Positions 20,667-31,891 of a DNA stretch of 64,000 bases are shown here, in pieces. Position 1 is the stretch's first letter; every line of letters starts with the position of its first letter. The position numbers and the translations under genes were made by a program. Location: assembly GCA_963829525.1 (NCBI GenBank), contig CAWHIJ010000003.1, forward strand, positions 2,816,001 to 2,880,000, given 5' to 3'. Source of the DNA: an uncultured Actinomycetota bacterium (GTDB lineage: Bacteria; Actinomycetota; Actinomycetes; JAHEKZ01). Under the pieces are notes generated by a model. The model was given only the letters and a program-made list of their open reading frames with translations. It was not told the origin of the DNA and did not search any database.

Positions 20667-22171
20667 AGGTCCTCCGGTGTTTGAAGCAGATCGTCGACGG
20701 CAGATAGGAATAGTCCGCCGCGGTGTCCGTCGGTGACGCGGTGGTCAGCGGCCAGAGACGCGGTCACGATCGGGTGCACAGCCAGCATCCCGTCAACGGC
20801 CCACGGTCGCTCGACGATCCGGCCGAAGCCGACCAGGGCCACCTGCGGCGGGTAGATGACGCCCACCACCGACTCCACCCCCTGGTCACCCAGGTTCGTC
20901 ACGGTGATCGTCGGATCGGACATCTCTGAGCCTCTCAGGCGTCCGGCGCGCGCCCGGGCGACGAGGTCTTTCAGCGCAGCCATCAGGTCGTCAAGGTCCC
21001 GCGTGTCGGCGTCGTGGATCGCCGGCGCGACCAGCCCACCGCCACGGAGCGATACAGCGACGCCGAGATGCACGCCGCCGCCGCGGTGGAACGCGCCGTC
21101 GGTGTAGAAGCCGTTGACCTCGGGCACCTTCGGCACGGCCTTGGCGACCGCCTTCAGCAGGAGCGCCGCAGGAACGAGTCGCTGCTCGGCGCCGCGTCCG
21201 GCGTTGACGTCCCGCATCCATTCCATCGCCGTGCGCAGATCGATGTTCTGCGTCAGGTAGTAGTGCGGGATCTCCCGCTTGCTCTTGGCCATCAAGTCGC
21301 CGATGGCTGCGCGCATCGCCGCCTGCTTCGCGCGCGCCTTCTCCTTGGCCGACAAAGTCGTGCCAACTACCCCCTTCTGCGATGGTGCGAGTCCAGTGGC
21401 GCTACCGAGCCGTTCAGGTTCCAAGTTGTCGGGGATGGCAGGTGGCGACTTCAGCTCGGTTACAGCGGATGTGGCAGTCCTCGCGGACGCAGCACCTTCG
21501 ACGTCGGTAACCGTGATGGCGCCATCCGGACCTGTGCCGGTCACCGTGCCGAGGTCGACACCGAGCTCACGGGCACGCCGTCGGGCGAACGGCGACGCGC
21601 GCACGCGCCCCCCCTCCCCCTCCGAACGTGTGACTTCGTTGACGCCATGGGCCCCACCAGGTCGCACGTTGTGGGGGATGGCGGCCGGGACCCCGGCCGC
21701 CGCTTCGACGTCGTCGCGAGTGACGGTGCCGTTGGGGCCGCTGCCTCTCACAGTGCCGAGGTCGACACCCTTCTCATGCGCCAGGTGGCGCACGATCGGT
21801 GACGTCACGGCAGGCTCACCCGATGTCTCGGGTGGGGGCCCCGGCTCGTCAGACGTCTCGGATCGTGTAGCCGAAGTGGGCCTATGACCCCTGTCATCTT
21901 TCACATTGCGGGGCTCTGCGGCCTCTTCGGGACCGCCGCCACCGGTCAGGCTGGCCAGTACTGTGCCCACCGCCACCGTGGTGCCGGTGGGCACCAGCAG
22001 CTCCTCGACAACGCCGTCCTCGAAGACCTCGATCTCGATGGCTGACTTCGCGGTATCGATGATCGCGACGATGTCGCCGCGATGCACCTCGTCGCCTGGA
22101 GCAACGAGCCACTCGACCAGCGTCCCTTCATCCATGTCGGCGCCGAGCGACGGCATCCGGAACTCACCCAT
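20663..22171 (-). CDS. pdhC: 2-oxoacid dehydrogenase E2 (dihydrolipoamide acyltransferase)
   Basis: Lipoyl DTAKSAIE, two E3-binding domains ([17 protein letters not shown]), catalytic DHRVTDG. Confidence 0.9.
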   Translation of the reverse strand: MGEFRMPSLGADMDEGTLVEWLVAPGDEVHRGDIVAIIDTAKSAIEIEVFEDGVVEELLVPTGTTVAVGTVLASLTGGGGPEEAAEPRNVKDDRGHRPTSATRSETSDEPGPPPETSGEPAVTSPIVRHLAHEKGVDLGTVRGSGPNGTVTRDDVEAAAGVPAAIPHNVRPGGAHGVNEVTRSEGEGGRVRASPFARRRARELGVDLGTVTGTGPDGAITVTDVEGAASARTATSAVTELKSPPAIPDNLEPERLGSATGLAPSQKGVVGTTLSAKEKARAKQAAMRAAIGDLMAKSKREIPHYYLTQNIDLRTAMEWMRDVNAGRGAEQRLVPAALLLKAVAKAVPKVPEVNGFYTDGAFHRGGGVHLGVAVSLRGGGLVAPAIHDADTRDLDDLMAALKDLVARARAGRLRGSEMSDPTITVTNLGDQGVESVVGVIYPPQVALVGFGRIVERPWAVDGMLAVHPIVTASLAADHRVTDGHRGGLFLSAVDDLLQTPEDL

Positions 22172-23147
22172 GAGCGACCACCTCCTCGGCGGCAGCCACA
22201 ATCCGCTCAACACTCGGCAGCGCGGCAAGCTCGAGGTGACGCGCATAAGGGATCGGAACCTCGACGGCGCAGACCCGACGCACCGGGGCGTCGAGGTCGA
22301 AGAACGCCTCCTCGGCGATGCGCGCACTGACCTCGCCAGCGAGCGAGAGCGTGTGCCACCCTTCGTCGACGATGACCGCTCGATGGGTCCGTCGCACTGA
22401 CGCGAGCACGGTGTCCCAGTCCAGGGGCCGCAGCACGCGGAGATCGATCACTTCTGCGCTGACGCCATCCGCAGCCAGCGCCTCTGCGGCGTCGAGGGTC
22501 TTGGGTAGCGAACCCCCATAGGTGATGAGCGAGACATCGGTTCCCTGACGTCGCACGGCTGCGTGCCAGAGGTCGTCGGGAGCCGGAGCGAGGCCTGTCA
22601 CATCCGACGGACCGCTCTCGTTGTAGAGGGCGCCGTGCTCGAAGAAGATCACCGGGTCAGGGTGCTCCAGCGCGGGCCACAGCATTCCGCGAACATCCGC
22701 GACCGTCGCTGGAGCCAAGACCACCAAGCCTGGCACATGGGCGTACCAGTTCTCGAGCGAGTGCGAGTGCTGACCGGCCAGCTGCCGGCCGGCTCCGGTC
22801 GTCATCCGGATGACGATTGGGATACTGAACTGGCCGCCGCTCATGTGGTGCAGGGACGCCGCGGTGTTGACGATCTGGTCGAGCGCGAGCAGCGAGAAGT
22901 TCACGGTCATGATCTCGACGATCGGCCGCATCCCACCGAGAGCAGCACCGATGCCAGCGCCAACGAAGCCTGACTCCGAAAGTGGGGTGTCTTTGATGCG
23001 CTCTGGTCCGAACTCTTCGAGCAGTCCCAGACTGACGCCGAACCCGCCGCCATACGCACCGACGTCCTCCCCCATGAGAAAGACCCGGTCGTCACGCTTC
23101 AGCGCCTCACGCATGGCCTCGCGGACCGCTTCGCGGTAAGTCGTCAC
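22164..23147 (-). CDS. pdhB: Pyruvate dehydrogenase E1 beta subunit
   Basis: GEDVG, DTPLSE, QHSHSLE, VIDLR. Confidence 0.92.
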   Translation of the reverse strand: MTTYREAVREAMREALKRDDRVFLMGEDVGAYGGGFGVSLGLLEEFGPERIKDTPLSESGFVGAGIGAALGGMRPIVEIMTVNFSLLALDQIVNTAASLHHMSGGQFSIPIVIRMTTGAGRQLAGQHSHSLENWYAHVPGLVVLAPATVADVRGMLWPALEHPDPVIFFEHGALYNESGPSDVTGLAPAPDDLWHAAVRRQGTDVSLITYGGSLPKTLDAAEALAADGVSAEVIDLRVLRPLDWDTVLASVRRTHRAVIVDEGWHTLSLAGEVSARIAEEAFFDLDAPVRRVCAVEVPIPYARHLELAALPSVERIVAAAEEVVAHG

Positions 23148-24142
23148 TATCCATCACCGCCAGCGCTGGTGGTGCAGACGAATCGAGTGAGCTCTTCGAC
23201 CGGCTCGATGTCACTCGCCTCGGCGAATGCAACGGCATCGTCGATCTCGGTGGTGATGTCCCCTTCCAGCTGCGCAACGTCTTCATCGGTCAGCGATGCT
23301 TCGTTGCGCATCCGCTCCGCGAGCAGCAGCAGCGGGTCGCGGTGCCGCCACTTCTCGATCTCCTCCTTCTCGCGGTACCGGTCTGGGTCGTACATCGAGT
23401 GCGCGCGGAAGCGGAACGTGCGGGCCTCAAGGAAGACTGGCGACCCGCTCTCCCGCACCTGAGCGATGGCACGGTGCGCTGCCTCATTCACGGCAAGGAC
23501 GTCCATACCGTCCACACTCCACGATGGAACCTCATACGCGGCTGCCTTGAGAGCGAGATTCGGCTCCGACTCCGAACGCTCCAGCGCGGTGCCCATCGCA
23601 TAGAGGTTGTTCTCGCACAGGAAGAGAATCGGCAGCTTCCAAAGCGCCGCCAGGTTCATCGACTCGTGGAACTCCCCTTCGGCCATCGCCCCTTCCCCAA
23701 AGAAGCAAACGGTGACCGATTCACGTCCCAGCATGCTGTCAGCGAGCGCCATGCCAACTGCCTGCGGCAGTCCGGCGCCGACGATGCCGTTGCCGCCGAA
23801 GAGTCGCTGTTCGGCATCGAACAGGTGCATCGACCCTCCGCGGCCACGGGAACACCCGTCAACCTTGCCGAACATCTCAGCCATGACCTTGCGCATCGAG
23901 ACCCCACGCACCAGGGCGTGCGCGTGCTCGCGATACGTCGCGAAGATCGAGTCATGGGCTCGGAGGTGCGGGATCGCGCCGACAGCGACCGCCTCCTCAC
24001 CGATGTACAGGTGGAGGAAACCACGGATCTTGCCGGCACTGTAGAGCTCGGCGCACCGTTCCTCGAAACGCCGCACGCGGAGCATCTTTCGGTAGAGGTC
24101 GAGCCCCAACTCACGGTCGACGGCTGAGCCGATGGCTGTCAC
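23147..24142 (-). CDS. pdhA: Pyruvate dehydrogenase E1 alpha subunit
   Basis: [20 protein letters not shown], ThDP motif GEGA...NN, RFRAHSM. Confidence 0.93.
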   Translation of the reverse strand: MTAIGSAVDRELGLDLYRKMLRVRRFEERCAELYSAGKIRGFLHLYIGEEAVAVGAIPHLRAHDSIFATYREHAHALVRGVSMRKVMAEMFGKVDGCSRGRGGSMHLFDAEQRLFGGNGIVGAGLPQAVGMALADSMLGRESVTVCFFGEGAMAEGEFHESMNLAALWKLPILFLCENNLYAMGTALERSESEPNLALKAAAYEVPSWSVDGMDVLAVNEAAHRAIAQVRESGSPVFLEARTFRFRAHSMYDPDRYREKEEIEKWRHRDPLLLLAERMRNEASLTDEDVAQLEGDITTEIDDAVAFAEASDIEPVEELTRFVCTTSAGGDG

Positions 24143-25939
24143 GCGGATCCCTCCAACGTCGACAGGTCGCCCTCGGGGAGCCCGAGCTCGCGAGCCTTCA
24201 GCAGCCGGCGCATGATCTTCCCGCTCCGCGTCTTGGGCAGATCGGATTGAAACTCGATCTCCCTCGGCGCAACGGCTGGTCCGAGCCTCTTGCGGGCGAA
24301 GCCGACCAGTTCGAGTCGCAACTCATCGGTCGGAGCGTGTCCGACCTTCAACGCGACGAATGCCTTCACCACCTGACCGGCGACGTCGTCTGGGATGCCG
24401 ATCACCCCCGCCTCTGCAACAGCTGGGTGCTCCATCAGCGCACTCTCGACCTCGAAGGGTCCGATCAGATGTCCTGCCGACTTGATGACATCGTCACCGC
24501 GCCCGACGAACCAGAACCAGCCATCGGCGTCGCGCCGCGCAAGGTCTCCCGAGCGGTACCAGTCCCCGGCGAAGGCCGCGCGATATCGCTCGTCATCGTT
24601 CAAGTACGACCGCATCAAGGACGGCCATGGCGCGCGCAGCGCCAACTCGCCCTCGGTATCGGGCTCGGTGACAAGGGTCGGCGCACCGGAGGCGTCAAGG
24701 CACCAGATTGCCCATGGCGTCACGGGCGAGCAGCGCTGCCTCGATCCCCGGCACCGGGCGCCCCATGGATCCGGGGCGGATGTCAGCACTGGCGTAGTTG
24801 GCGATCATGATCGCGCCGGTCTCGGTCTGCCACCACGTGTCGTGGATCGGACGCCCAAAGGTCTCATTGCCCCACATCACCACCTCCGGGTTGAGCGGCT
24901 CGCCAACGCTGCAGATGTGGCGCAATCCGGTGAGATCGTTCGATGCCGCACGATCGGACCCGGCCTTCATCAGCATGCGCAGCGCCGTGGGCGCCGTGTA
25001 CCAGACAGTGACGCGTTGCTCATCGAGGATGCGATACCACCGGTCAACATCGAACTCTTGCTCGTCGACGACGCACGTGACGCCGCAGGCGAGTGGAGCG
25101 ATGACGCCGTACGACGTGCCCGTGACCCAGCCGGGGTCGGCCGTGCACCAGTAGACGTCATCGTCGTGCAGGTCGAGCACGGCGCGTGCGGTCCAGTGGT
25201 GCGCGACAACCGCGTCGTGGACGTGAACCGCGCCCTTGGGAGTTCCCGTCGTGCCGCTGGTGAAGTGCAGGAGCGCTGGATCTTCGGGATCGGTGTGTGG
25301 CAAGGCGTGTTCCGGCACTGCTGCCTTGAGCAACGCGGCAAGGTCGTGTGCGGTTGCATCTGTAACGCGCTCCTGACCTGATCCAACAAGGAGAACGTGC
25401 TGCAGGTGGGGCAGCTGGTCACGAATCGGTGCAACCTTGCGTCGGTAGAGCGTTGGAGTGGTGACCAGCACGACACCGTCACCCAGCTGAAGCCGTTGCT
25501 TTACCGGTTCGGGGCCGAACGCTGAAAAGAGCGGGCAGAAGACCGCCCGATGCTTGAAGGTGCCGAGGATGGCGGCGTACAGCTCGGGCCGGCGGCCCAT
25601 CAACGAGAAGACCCTCTCGCCAGGCTTCACACCGAGCGATGCGAGGACCGCAGCGAACCGCGCAGAGAGATCGAACAGGTCCGAATAGGAGAGCTCGACG
25701 TCGACGACGGGCTCCTCCTCAGGACCGGTCCCCATGAACCTCAGCGCAATGTGGTCTCGCCGGGGACCCTTGCTGTGGCGGTCAACCGCCTCGTGAGCGA
25801 TGTTCAACCCGCCGCCCGGAAGCCCTTCGAGGTCGTGTCGCGCCGCGTCCCAGGTGAACGAGGCATACGCGGCCTCATAGTCATTCACCACCGGAGTGCG
25901 ATCGTCGTCCAGCCTCTTGGTGAGTGTGGGAAAGGACAT
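24139..25939 (-). CDS. acsA: Acetate-CoA ligase (AcsA-like); frameshift near 24700
   Basis: [31 protein letters not shown] in one frame; [18 protein letters not shown] in the next frame. Confidence 0.88.
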
Positions 25940-26178
25940 GCTCCTCCTTGACCGACCTCTGGTCGGAGCGCCGACATGACTCTCCATGGTGCACAGGGGT
26001 GCCGCCACGAACGGCAGGGTCGGAGGTCCCGCGCCCTCAGATCGTGGTGGCGTGGGTGACCACGTAACTGCGGGAAGTCAAGTGCCCAGCGACGGTGCAC
26101 ATCTGGCAGCAACGGAGCAGTATGGCAAGTGAGCCGCCGATCAGAAGGCGGAGGGCACCAAGCCCGGGAGGGAGTGCC

Positions 26179-26538
26179 ATGAGCGAGAGCACCTGGTTCA
26201 TCGACCCCGAGGCTGGAGCTGTCTCGGTCGAAGATGACGACAACTATGACGAGGCGTACGGGCCCGGTGACCCACACCCGCAAGAGGGGCGGTTGGTCGA
26301 AGATGACGAGGGCGTCCGCAGCGACACGACGTCAGAGGCGGTCGCCCACGTTGCAGTCGGCGACACCGCGTGGAAGTCAGCCGAGGAGTCGGCCGTTCAT
26401 GTGATCAACGAGAACGACATGGTCGACTCCGACCTGGTCGACCTCGATGAGCTGCCGGACGAACCCCGACGACCGTTGACCCATGGGGTTATCGGGGTTA
26501 TGGCCCGAACGAGGGTTCCGCGTGGGTGGTCGGGCTAG
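26179..26538 (+). CDS. DUF5709-like acidic protein
   Basis: GRLVEDDEG...SAEESAVHV motif; GGAGGGAG RBS. Confidence 0.65.
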   Translation: MSESTWFIDPEAGAVSVEDDDNYDEAYGPGDPHPQEGRLVEDDEGVRSDTTSEAVAHVAVGDTAWKSAEESAVHVINENDMVDSDLVDLDELPDEPRRPLTHGVIGVMARTRVPRGWSG

Positions 26539-26735
26539 ACCGGGCGGACGGAGTCGGCCTGCGGGCCCTTCTGACCCTGCGAGATCTCGAACTCGACGCG
26601 CTGGCCGTCCTCGAGGGCGCGAAAGCCCTCCATCTGGATCTGGCTGTAGTGCACATAGACGTCAGGGCCCTCGTCCACCGCTATGAAGCCGTAGCCCTTT
26701 TCGGCGTTGAACCACTTGACCGTGCCCTGAGCCAT
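26535..26735 (-). CDS. cspA: Cold-shock protein
   Basis: [25 protein letters not shown]. Confidence 0.97.
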   Translation of the reverse strand: MAQGTVKWFNAEKGYGFIAVDEGPDVYVHYSQIQMEGFRALEDGQRVEFEISQGQKGPQADSVRPV

Positions 26736-26994
26736 TCGTCACTCCCGGAGTTGTTCGCCGACGGCATCGTCGACCGGCACACCGTACCCCGGTGTCCGAA
26801 CCGCAGCCTACGCCCCCCTTCGGCCGATTTGGCCGCCTCCTTGACCGCTTTGCGCCGTGTCGTGGCCGGGAGTCCCCCATTCGGACGCTCCCGCCACACC
26901 AACGTGGCGGTAACGGGATCAACGTGGCCGTCGGCCGCCACCTCTGTGCGCGATGACCACGTCACCTGGCCATCGTGGGCCCTCGGAGGGGGGG

Positions 26995-27270
26995 TCAGCC
27001 GCCGGCGACGGCAGGGATGATGGAGATCGAGGTGCCGTCGGGGGTTGCCGTGGCCAGGCCCTCGGCGAACCGGACGTCATCGTCGTTGACGTAGACGTTG
27101 ACGAAGCGGCGGATCGCGCCGTCGTCATCCAGCACTCGGGCCTTCAGCCCTGGGTGCGCCAGCTCCAGAGAGTCGATCACCTCAGCGAGGGTGCCGCCAT
27201 CGGCAGATACCTCTGATGCGCCGCCGGTGTACGGACGCAGGATCGTCGGAATGCGAACGGAGACGCTCAA
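26995..27270 (-). CDS. MoaD/ThiS-family sulfur carrier (ubiquitin-like)
   Basis: VRIPTILR, VNVYVNDDD, C-terminal IIPAVAGG; overlaps upstream stop. Confidence 0.93.
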   Translation of the reverse strand: MSVSVRIPTILRPYTGGASEVSADGGTLAEVIDSLELAHPGLKARVLDDDGAIRRFVNVYVNDDDVRFAEGLATATPDGTSISIIPAVAGG

Positions 27271-28550
27271 CGGAGGCCCTTCTCTTCAGCAAAGGCACGG
27301 AACTCTCCATACCGGGGGGCGATGGTGACGGTGGGCGACGCCACAGGCGCGACAGCGTCCAACGTCTTGAGGCCGTCGCCGGTGTTGAGGATCACCGTCT
27401 CTGCAGCTGGGTCGACCAGTCCGGCCTCCAGCAGCTTGCCGAGCGTCGCAACAGTGACGCCGCCGGCCGTCTCGGCAAAGATGCCTTCGGTGGCAGCGAG
27501 CAGCTGAATGCCGGCAACGACCTCGTCGTCAGACACGTCGGCGATGGCGCCGCCGGTTCGCCGGGCGACGTCGATCGCGTAGGGGCCGTCTGCCGGGTTG
27601 CCGATCGCGAGCGACTTGGCGATGGTGTCCGGTCGCACGGGTTGGACGACGTCGTGGCCGGCCGCCCACGCCGCACTGACCGGTGAGCAGCCGGTGGCCT
27701 GGGCGCCGAAGATGGAAGCAGGCGAATCCTCGACGAGTCCGAGACCAACCAGCTCGCGGAAAGCCTTGTCCACCTTGGTCATCAGCGATCCGGACGCAAT
27801 GGGCGAGACGACCTGGCGCGGAAGCCGCCAGCCCAGCTGCTCGGCGATCTCGTAACCAACAGTCTTGGAGCCCTCGGCGTAGTACGGGCGCAGGTTGACG
27901 TTGACGAAACCCCAGCCGAGGTCTCCGGCGACCTCCGAGCAGAGCCGGTTGACCTCGTCGTAGTTGCCGTCGACGGCAACGAGCGTTCCCCCGTAGACCG
28001 CGGTGGTGACGAGCTTGCCGGCCTCAAGGTCACTCGGCGCGAACACGCAGGAACGCAAACCGGCGCGAGCAGCCGCTGCGGCGACGGCACCGGCGAGGTT
28101 TCCGGTCGATGCGCATCCGACAGTGGTGAACCCGAGCTCTTGGGCCGCCGACAGCGCGATCGCGACGACGCGGTCTTTGAACGAGTGAGTGGGGTTGCCG
28201 CTGTCGTCCTTGACCCACAGCGTCTTCATGCCCAGAGCCGCTGCCAGGTTGTCGGCCTTGACCAGCTTGGTCATGCCCGGGCTGAGGTTCTTGCGGTCGG
28301 CGATGTCCGACGGCACGGGCAGCAGCCCGGCGTAGCGCCACATCGACTGCGGGCCGGTCTCGATGTCAGCGTGGGTGACGATGCCGAAGTCGTACCCGAT
28401 CTCGAGCGGGCCAAAGCACTCCATGCAGGCGTAAGAGTCCCCGAGCGGAAAGGTGGCGCCACAGGCGCGACAGACGAGCTCTCGCGCCGGGCCGAACGAC
28501 GCCGGCGAGGCCGGTGATGCAGGCGTAGCTGCATCCAGTGATGCGGTCAT
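27267..28550 (-). CDS. Threonine-synthase-like PLP enzyme (fold type II)
   Basis: N-terminal CxxC..CxxC, NPTHSFKDR, CASTGNLA, EGSKT, NTGDGLK. Confidence 0.9.
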   Translation of the reverse strand: MTASLDAATPASPASPASFGPARELVCRACGATFPLGDSYACMECFGPLEIGYDFGIVTHADIETGPQSMWRYAGLLPVPSDIADRKNLSPGMTKLVKADNLAAALGMKTLWVKDDSGNPTHSFKDRVVAIALSAAQELGFTTVGCASTGNLAGAVAAAAARAGLRSCVFAPSDLEAGKLVTTAVYGGTLVAVDGNYDEVNRLCSEVAGDLGWGFVNVNLRPYYAEGSKTVGYEIAEQLGWRLPRQVVSPIASGSLMTKVDKAFRELVGLGLVEDSPASIFGAQATGCSPVSAAWAAGHDVVQPVRPDTIAKSLAIGNPADGPYAIDVARRTGGAIADVSDDEVVAGIQLLAATEGIFAETAGGVTVATLGKLLEAGLVDPAAETVILNTGDGLKTLDAVAPVASPTVTIAPRYGEFRAFAEEKGLR

Positions 28551-28561
28551 GCGGAGACTCT

Positions 28562-28713
28562 CCTCATCTCTCCTGGCGCCGGGCGGCGTCAGGTCGGATT
28601 TGGCACCTGGCCCGTACACCGCCGGTTGGGGCGTCTCGAAGAGTTCGTCTCCGCGTGTACGGGGGGTTGCCGGGGCTTCAGCGGGCCGTTCCCTCTGCCC
28701 CTCTTGATGAGCG
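28562..28713 (-). ncRNA. SAM-I (S-box) riboswitch
   Basis: Minus strand: CTCATCAAGAGGGGCAGAGGGAACGGCCCGCTGAAGCCCCGGCAACC...GGTGCCAAATCC...GAGATGAG; P1 3' strand includes the RBS. Confidence 0.93.
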
Positions 28714-28909
28714 GTATGAAGTTGTCCACTTGCCTGGGTACTGCTTGCCTGGTTACGGCGTGGTGGTTGGTTACTGCCGGTGCTGCCGAGTTGTGTCGAT
28801 CCGCGCGATCGGCGAGGCTCGACAAGGGTAAGAGAGTAACGGACGACGTCCTGAGCCCGGAAATTCGGTCCAGCGAGCGAGACGGACCCTGACGAGTGTT
28901 GGAGAACTG

Positions 28910-29872
28910 ATGGAGCCGGCCGTCCAGGAGTGGTTCGAGCGGCGATCCTCGCGCGCCGCCGACTGGCCTGTCGACCAGCTTCGCGCCGCGAAGGGCAGCA
29001 GCACCGTCAGCGTCGTCCTGCCCGCCCTCGACGAGGCGTCGACCGTCGGCGGCATCGTCGACACCGTCCGCCGTGACCTGATGGACGTCGCGTGGCCGCT
29101 GGTCGACGAGATCATCGTGCTCGACTCCGGCTCCACTGATGCAACGGCGGCCATCGCCAGGGCGGCCGGTGCCCGGGTCGTCCACCGCGACGACGTCCTG
29201 CCGGCTGTGCCATCGGTGTCCGGTAAGGGTGAGGCGCTCTGGCGCTCCCTGGCTTCGACGACCGGCGACATCGTCGTCTTCATCGACGCCGATCTGCTCG
29301 CCTTCCGTTCCGGCTACGTCACCGGGTTGATCGGTCCGCTGCTGGTCGATCCGTCGATCCACTTCGTCAAAGCGATGTATGACCGGCCGCTTACCGACGG
29401 GGCGGTGGTACACCCGGGTGGCGGGGGGCGCGTCACCGAGCTCGTCGCACGACCGCTGCTGAACCTGCACTGGCCCCAGCTGGCCGGCTTCGTGCAACCG
29501 CTGGCCGGTGAGTACGCGGCTCGCCGCCACCTGTTGGAGCGGCTACCTTTCGCGACAGGTTACGGCGTCGAGATTGCGCTGCTCATCGACGCGCTCAACG
29601 CCGTCGGCCTCGACGCGATGGCACAGGTGGACCTCGGCGAACGAAGGCACCGACACCACGACGACCTTCGACTCGGCCGAATGGCAGCCGAGATCTGGCA
29701 GACGGCGTTGGCCCGGCTGCACCAGGACGGGGACCTGCGAACCGTCGAGCCGACCTTGACGCAGTTCGTGCGTGATGCCTCCCGGTACGTCCCGATCACC
29801 CACGACGTCGCCGCTCTTGAGCGGCCGCCGCTCCTCACGGTGGTCGGCGACGACAGGCTGCAGGGCCGATGA
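28910..29872 (+). CDS. gpgS: Glucosyl-3-phosphoglycerate synthase
   Basis: SVVLPALDE, GKGEALW, FIDAD, GGGRVTELVARPLL, QPLAGEYA, YGVEIALL. Confidence 0.92.
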   Translation: MEPAVQEWFERRSSRAADWPVDQLRAAKGSSTVSVVLPALDEASTVGGIVDTVRRDLMDVAWPLVDEIIVLDSGSTDATAAIARAAGARVVHRDDVLPAVPSVSGKGEALWRSLASTTGDIVVFIDADLLAFRSGYVTGLIGPLLVDPSIHFVKAMYDRPLTDGAVVHPGGGGRVTELVARPLLNLHWPQLAGFVQPLAGEYAARRHLLERLPFATGYGVEIALLIDALNAVGLDAMAQVDLGERRHRHHDDLRLGRMAAEIWQTALARLHQDGDLRTVEPTLTQFVRDASRYVPITHDVAALERPPLLTVVGDDRLQGR

Positions 29873-30699
29873 CCACGCGCATTCTCTACAGCGACCTCGA
29901 CGGCACGATGGTCGGTCCGGGCGGGTGCTTCGTTCGCGCCGCCGACAGATCAACAACCCTCGACCCGACGCTGGCACTCATCGAGCTGCACGACGCAGGT
30001 GTCGCGCTCTCACTCGTCTCGGGCCGCACCCGCGCTCAACTGCAGGAGGCTGCACGCATCTTCGGCGCTGATGGCTTCATCGCCGAGATGGGAGCCATCG
30101 TCGGGTGGGACCACGGGCGCCGCTCCAGCATGCTGACCGGCCAGACTCCGGAGGAGTTCTCCGGACCACTTGTCGCGCAGCTGGAGTCCCTGGGGCTGGT
30201 CGATGCCCTGCTCGCCCAGTACGACGGACGTCTGGAGCACCACGCGCCCTGGCACCTCGGGCACGAGACCGACGTGATGATGCACGGGCGGGTGGACGTC
30301 GACATGGTCAACAAGTGGCTCGTCGAGAAGGGCTATGGCTGGCTGGTGCTCGCCGACAACGGCCGGCTGAACAGCACCGTGATGGACGGGCTGGAAGGCC
30401 CGCCTCACATCTACCACCTGATGGCGCGCGGCATCAGCAAAGGAGTAGGCGTGGCTGCTGATCTCGAGCGCCGCGGGCTGTCACCAACCGATGCGGTGGC
30501 CGTCGGCGACTCACTGTCTGACCTGGAGATGGCGCCACACGTCAAGCGATTCTTCCTCGTGCGCAACGGGGCGGAGGTGGCCGACATCAAGGCTGCGGCA
30601 GATGCACTGCCGAACGTGACCATCTGCGACGGCCCCCTCGGCGCCGGGTGGGCGCAGGCCGCCCGCTACTGCGTCGACTCGATGGACAGCACGCGGTAG
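29869..30699 (+). CDS. HAD-IIB phosphatase (possible glucosyl-3-phosphoglycerate phosphatase)
   Basis: YSDLDGT, VSGR, SKG, GDSLSD; translationally coupled to gpgS. Confidence 0.82.
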   Translation: MTTRILYSDLDGTMVGPGGCFVRAADRSTTLDPTLALIELHDAGVALSLVSGRTRAQLQEAARIFGADGFIAEMGAIVGWDHGRRSSMLTGQTPEEFSGPLVAQLESLGLVDALLAQYDGRLEHHAPWHLGHETDVMMHGRVDVDMVNKWLVEKGYGWLVLADNGRLNSTVMDGLEGPPHIYHLMARGISKGVGVAADLERRGLSPTDAVAVGDSLSDLEMAPHVKRFFLVRNGAEVADIKAAADALPNVTICDGPLGAGWAQAARYCVDSMDSTR

Positions 30700-31694
30700 C
30701 GCCGGGCGGTGTCACTGACATCGGATACCCAGAGGGTTTCGCCGTCCAACATGACGCCCACGAACTCGAAGGGGCTGTTGGTGGTCAGCACCTCCCCGAC
30801 GGTTTGCGTGTCGAGATCGAGCCGGGTCAACGGAGCCCCGCCTGAGGTTCCAACCCACGCCCGATCACCGGCCGTCGTGAGGTCGCCGAAGTAGTCCGGC
30901 CTCACGTCGTAGGTGGCGCGCACGTCGAGGGTGTCGGGGTCGACCTCGGCGACGCCTTGGTCGCCTCCGATCAGCAGATGTTGATCGAGGGCGACGTAGC
31001 GACCGCCCGGCCACGGCACTGCTCCGGTCACGTCGCGCGAGACCGGGTCGACCCGCACCAGACCGACATCGTGACAGGCCACCCACACGGCGTTCAGTCC
31101 AGCAGCGACGTTGTCGCACGACGCCGCCGGCAGCTCGATCGGCGCTGCGGTCTCGTCGCCGGATTTGGCGTCCAGAGAGTGGAGCGTGGTCCGATCTTCG
31201 CCGATCAACCACAGCTGATCGCCGATGACGGGGATGCGGAGCTGGTCAGGGTGACCGTCGAACGAGGCGGTGCGCGTACCGCCCTGCGGTGTCACCCGCA
31301 CGTAGGTTCCCGGCCGCCGGCACGCCCAGAGCGCCGTGTCGGTCGAGCCGATCGCCTCACATCCGGACGCCGCCGGCACGTCGGTGGCGTAGGTCTGCTC
31401 CACCTTGCCGGTGGATGGGTCAAGCCTGACCAGGTCCCCGGGCCCAGACCTGAACCAAACCGACCCGAACGCAACCTCAGGCACCCCGGGCTTGTCCGCC
31501 TTGGTCGCGGTAAGGACCCGGCTGGCCAGTGGCCTGGTCGGAGTGTTGGCCGCGCTGACAGGCGTACCGGTCTCGATCGGCGTGGATTGTCCCCCCGGCG
31601 CACTCACGGAGCCATCCGGCGTCGTGGCTCCCCCGCTACACCCAGCTGCCAGCAACGCGACACACACCGTTGCAGCCAGCGAGTGGGCCTTCAC
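30666..31694 (-). CDS. Lipoprotein with beta-propeller-like repeats
   Basis: LLAAGC lipobox; repeated VW...LVRLDP units. Confidence 0.7.
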   Translation of the reverse strand: MKAHSLAATVCVALLAAGCSGGATTPDGSVSAPGGQSTPIETGTPVSAANTPTRPLASRVLTATKADKPGVPEVAFGSVWFRSGPGDLVRLDPSTGKVEQTYATDVPAASGCEAIGSTDTALWACRRPGTYVRVTPQGGTRTASFDGHPDQLRIPVIGDQLWLIGEDRTTLHSLDAKSGDETAAPIELPAASCDNVAAGLNAVWVACHDVGLVRVDPVSRDVTGAVPWPGGRYVALDQHLLIGGDQGVAEVDPDTLDVRATYDVRPDYFGDLTTAGDRAWVGTSGGAPLTRLDLDTQTVGEVLTTNSPFEFVGVMLDGETLWVSDVSDTARRYRVLSIESTQ

Positions 31695-31891
31695 CGAAAA
31701 GCACCTGCACGCGGGTGGCTCCGTTCGGCCAGCACATGCAGGTCCGCAGGATCGGAGTCGGAAGTGTCGAAGTCCGACAGCCGTGCTCGCTTCATCTGGC
31801 GAGGCTAGCCGCTTGCTGGGCGCAAGACCGTGGGCGGTGAGGTCTCCGCTCGAATGTCATGATTGAGGCGCTGACTGCTGAACGGAGCGCG

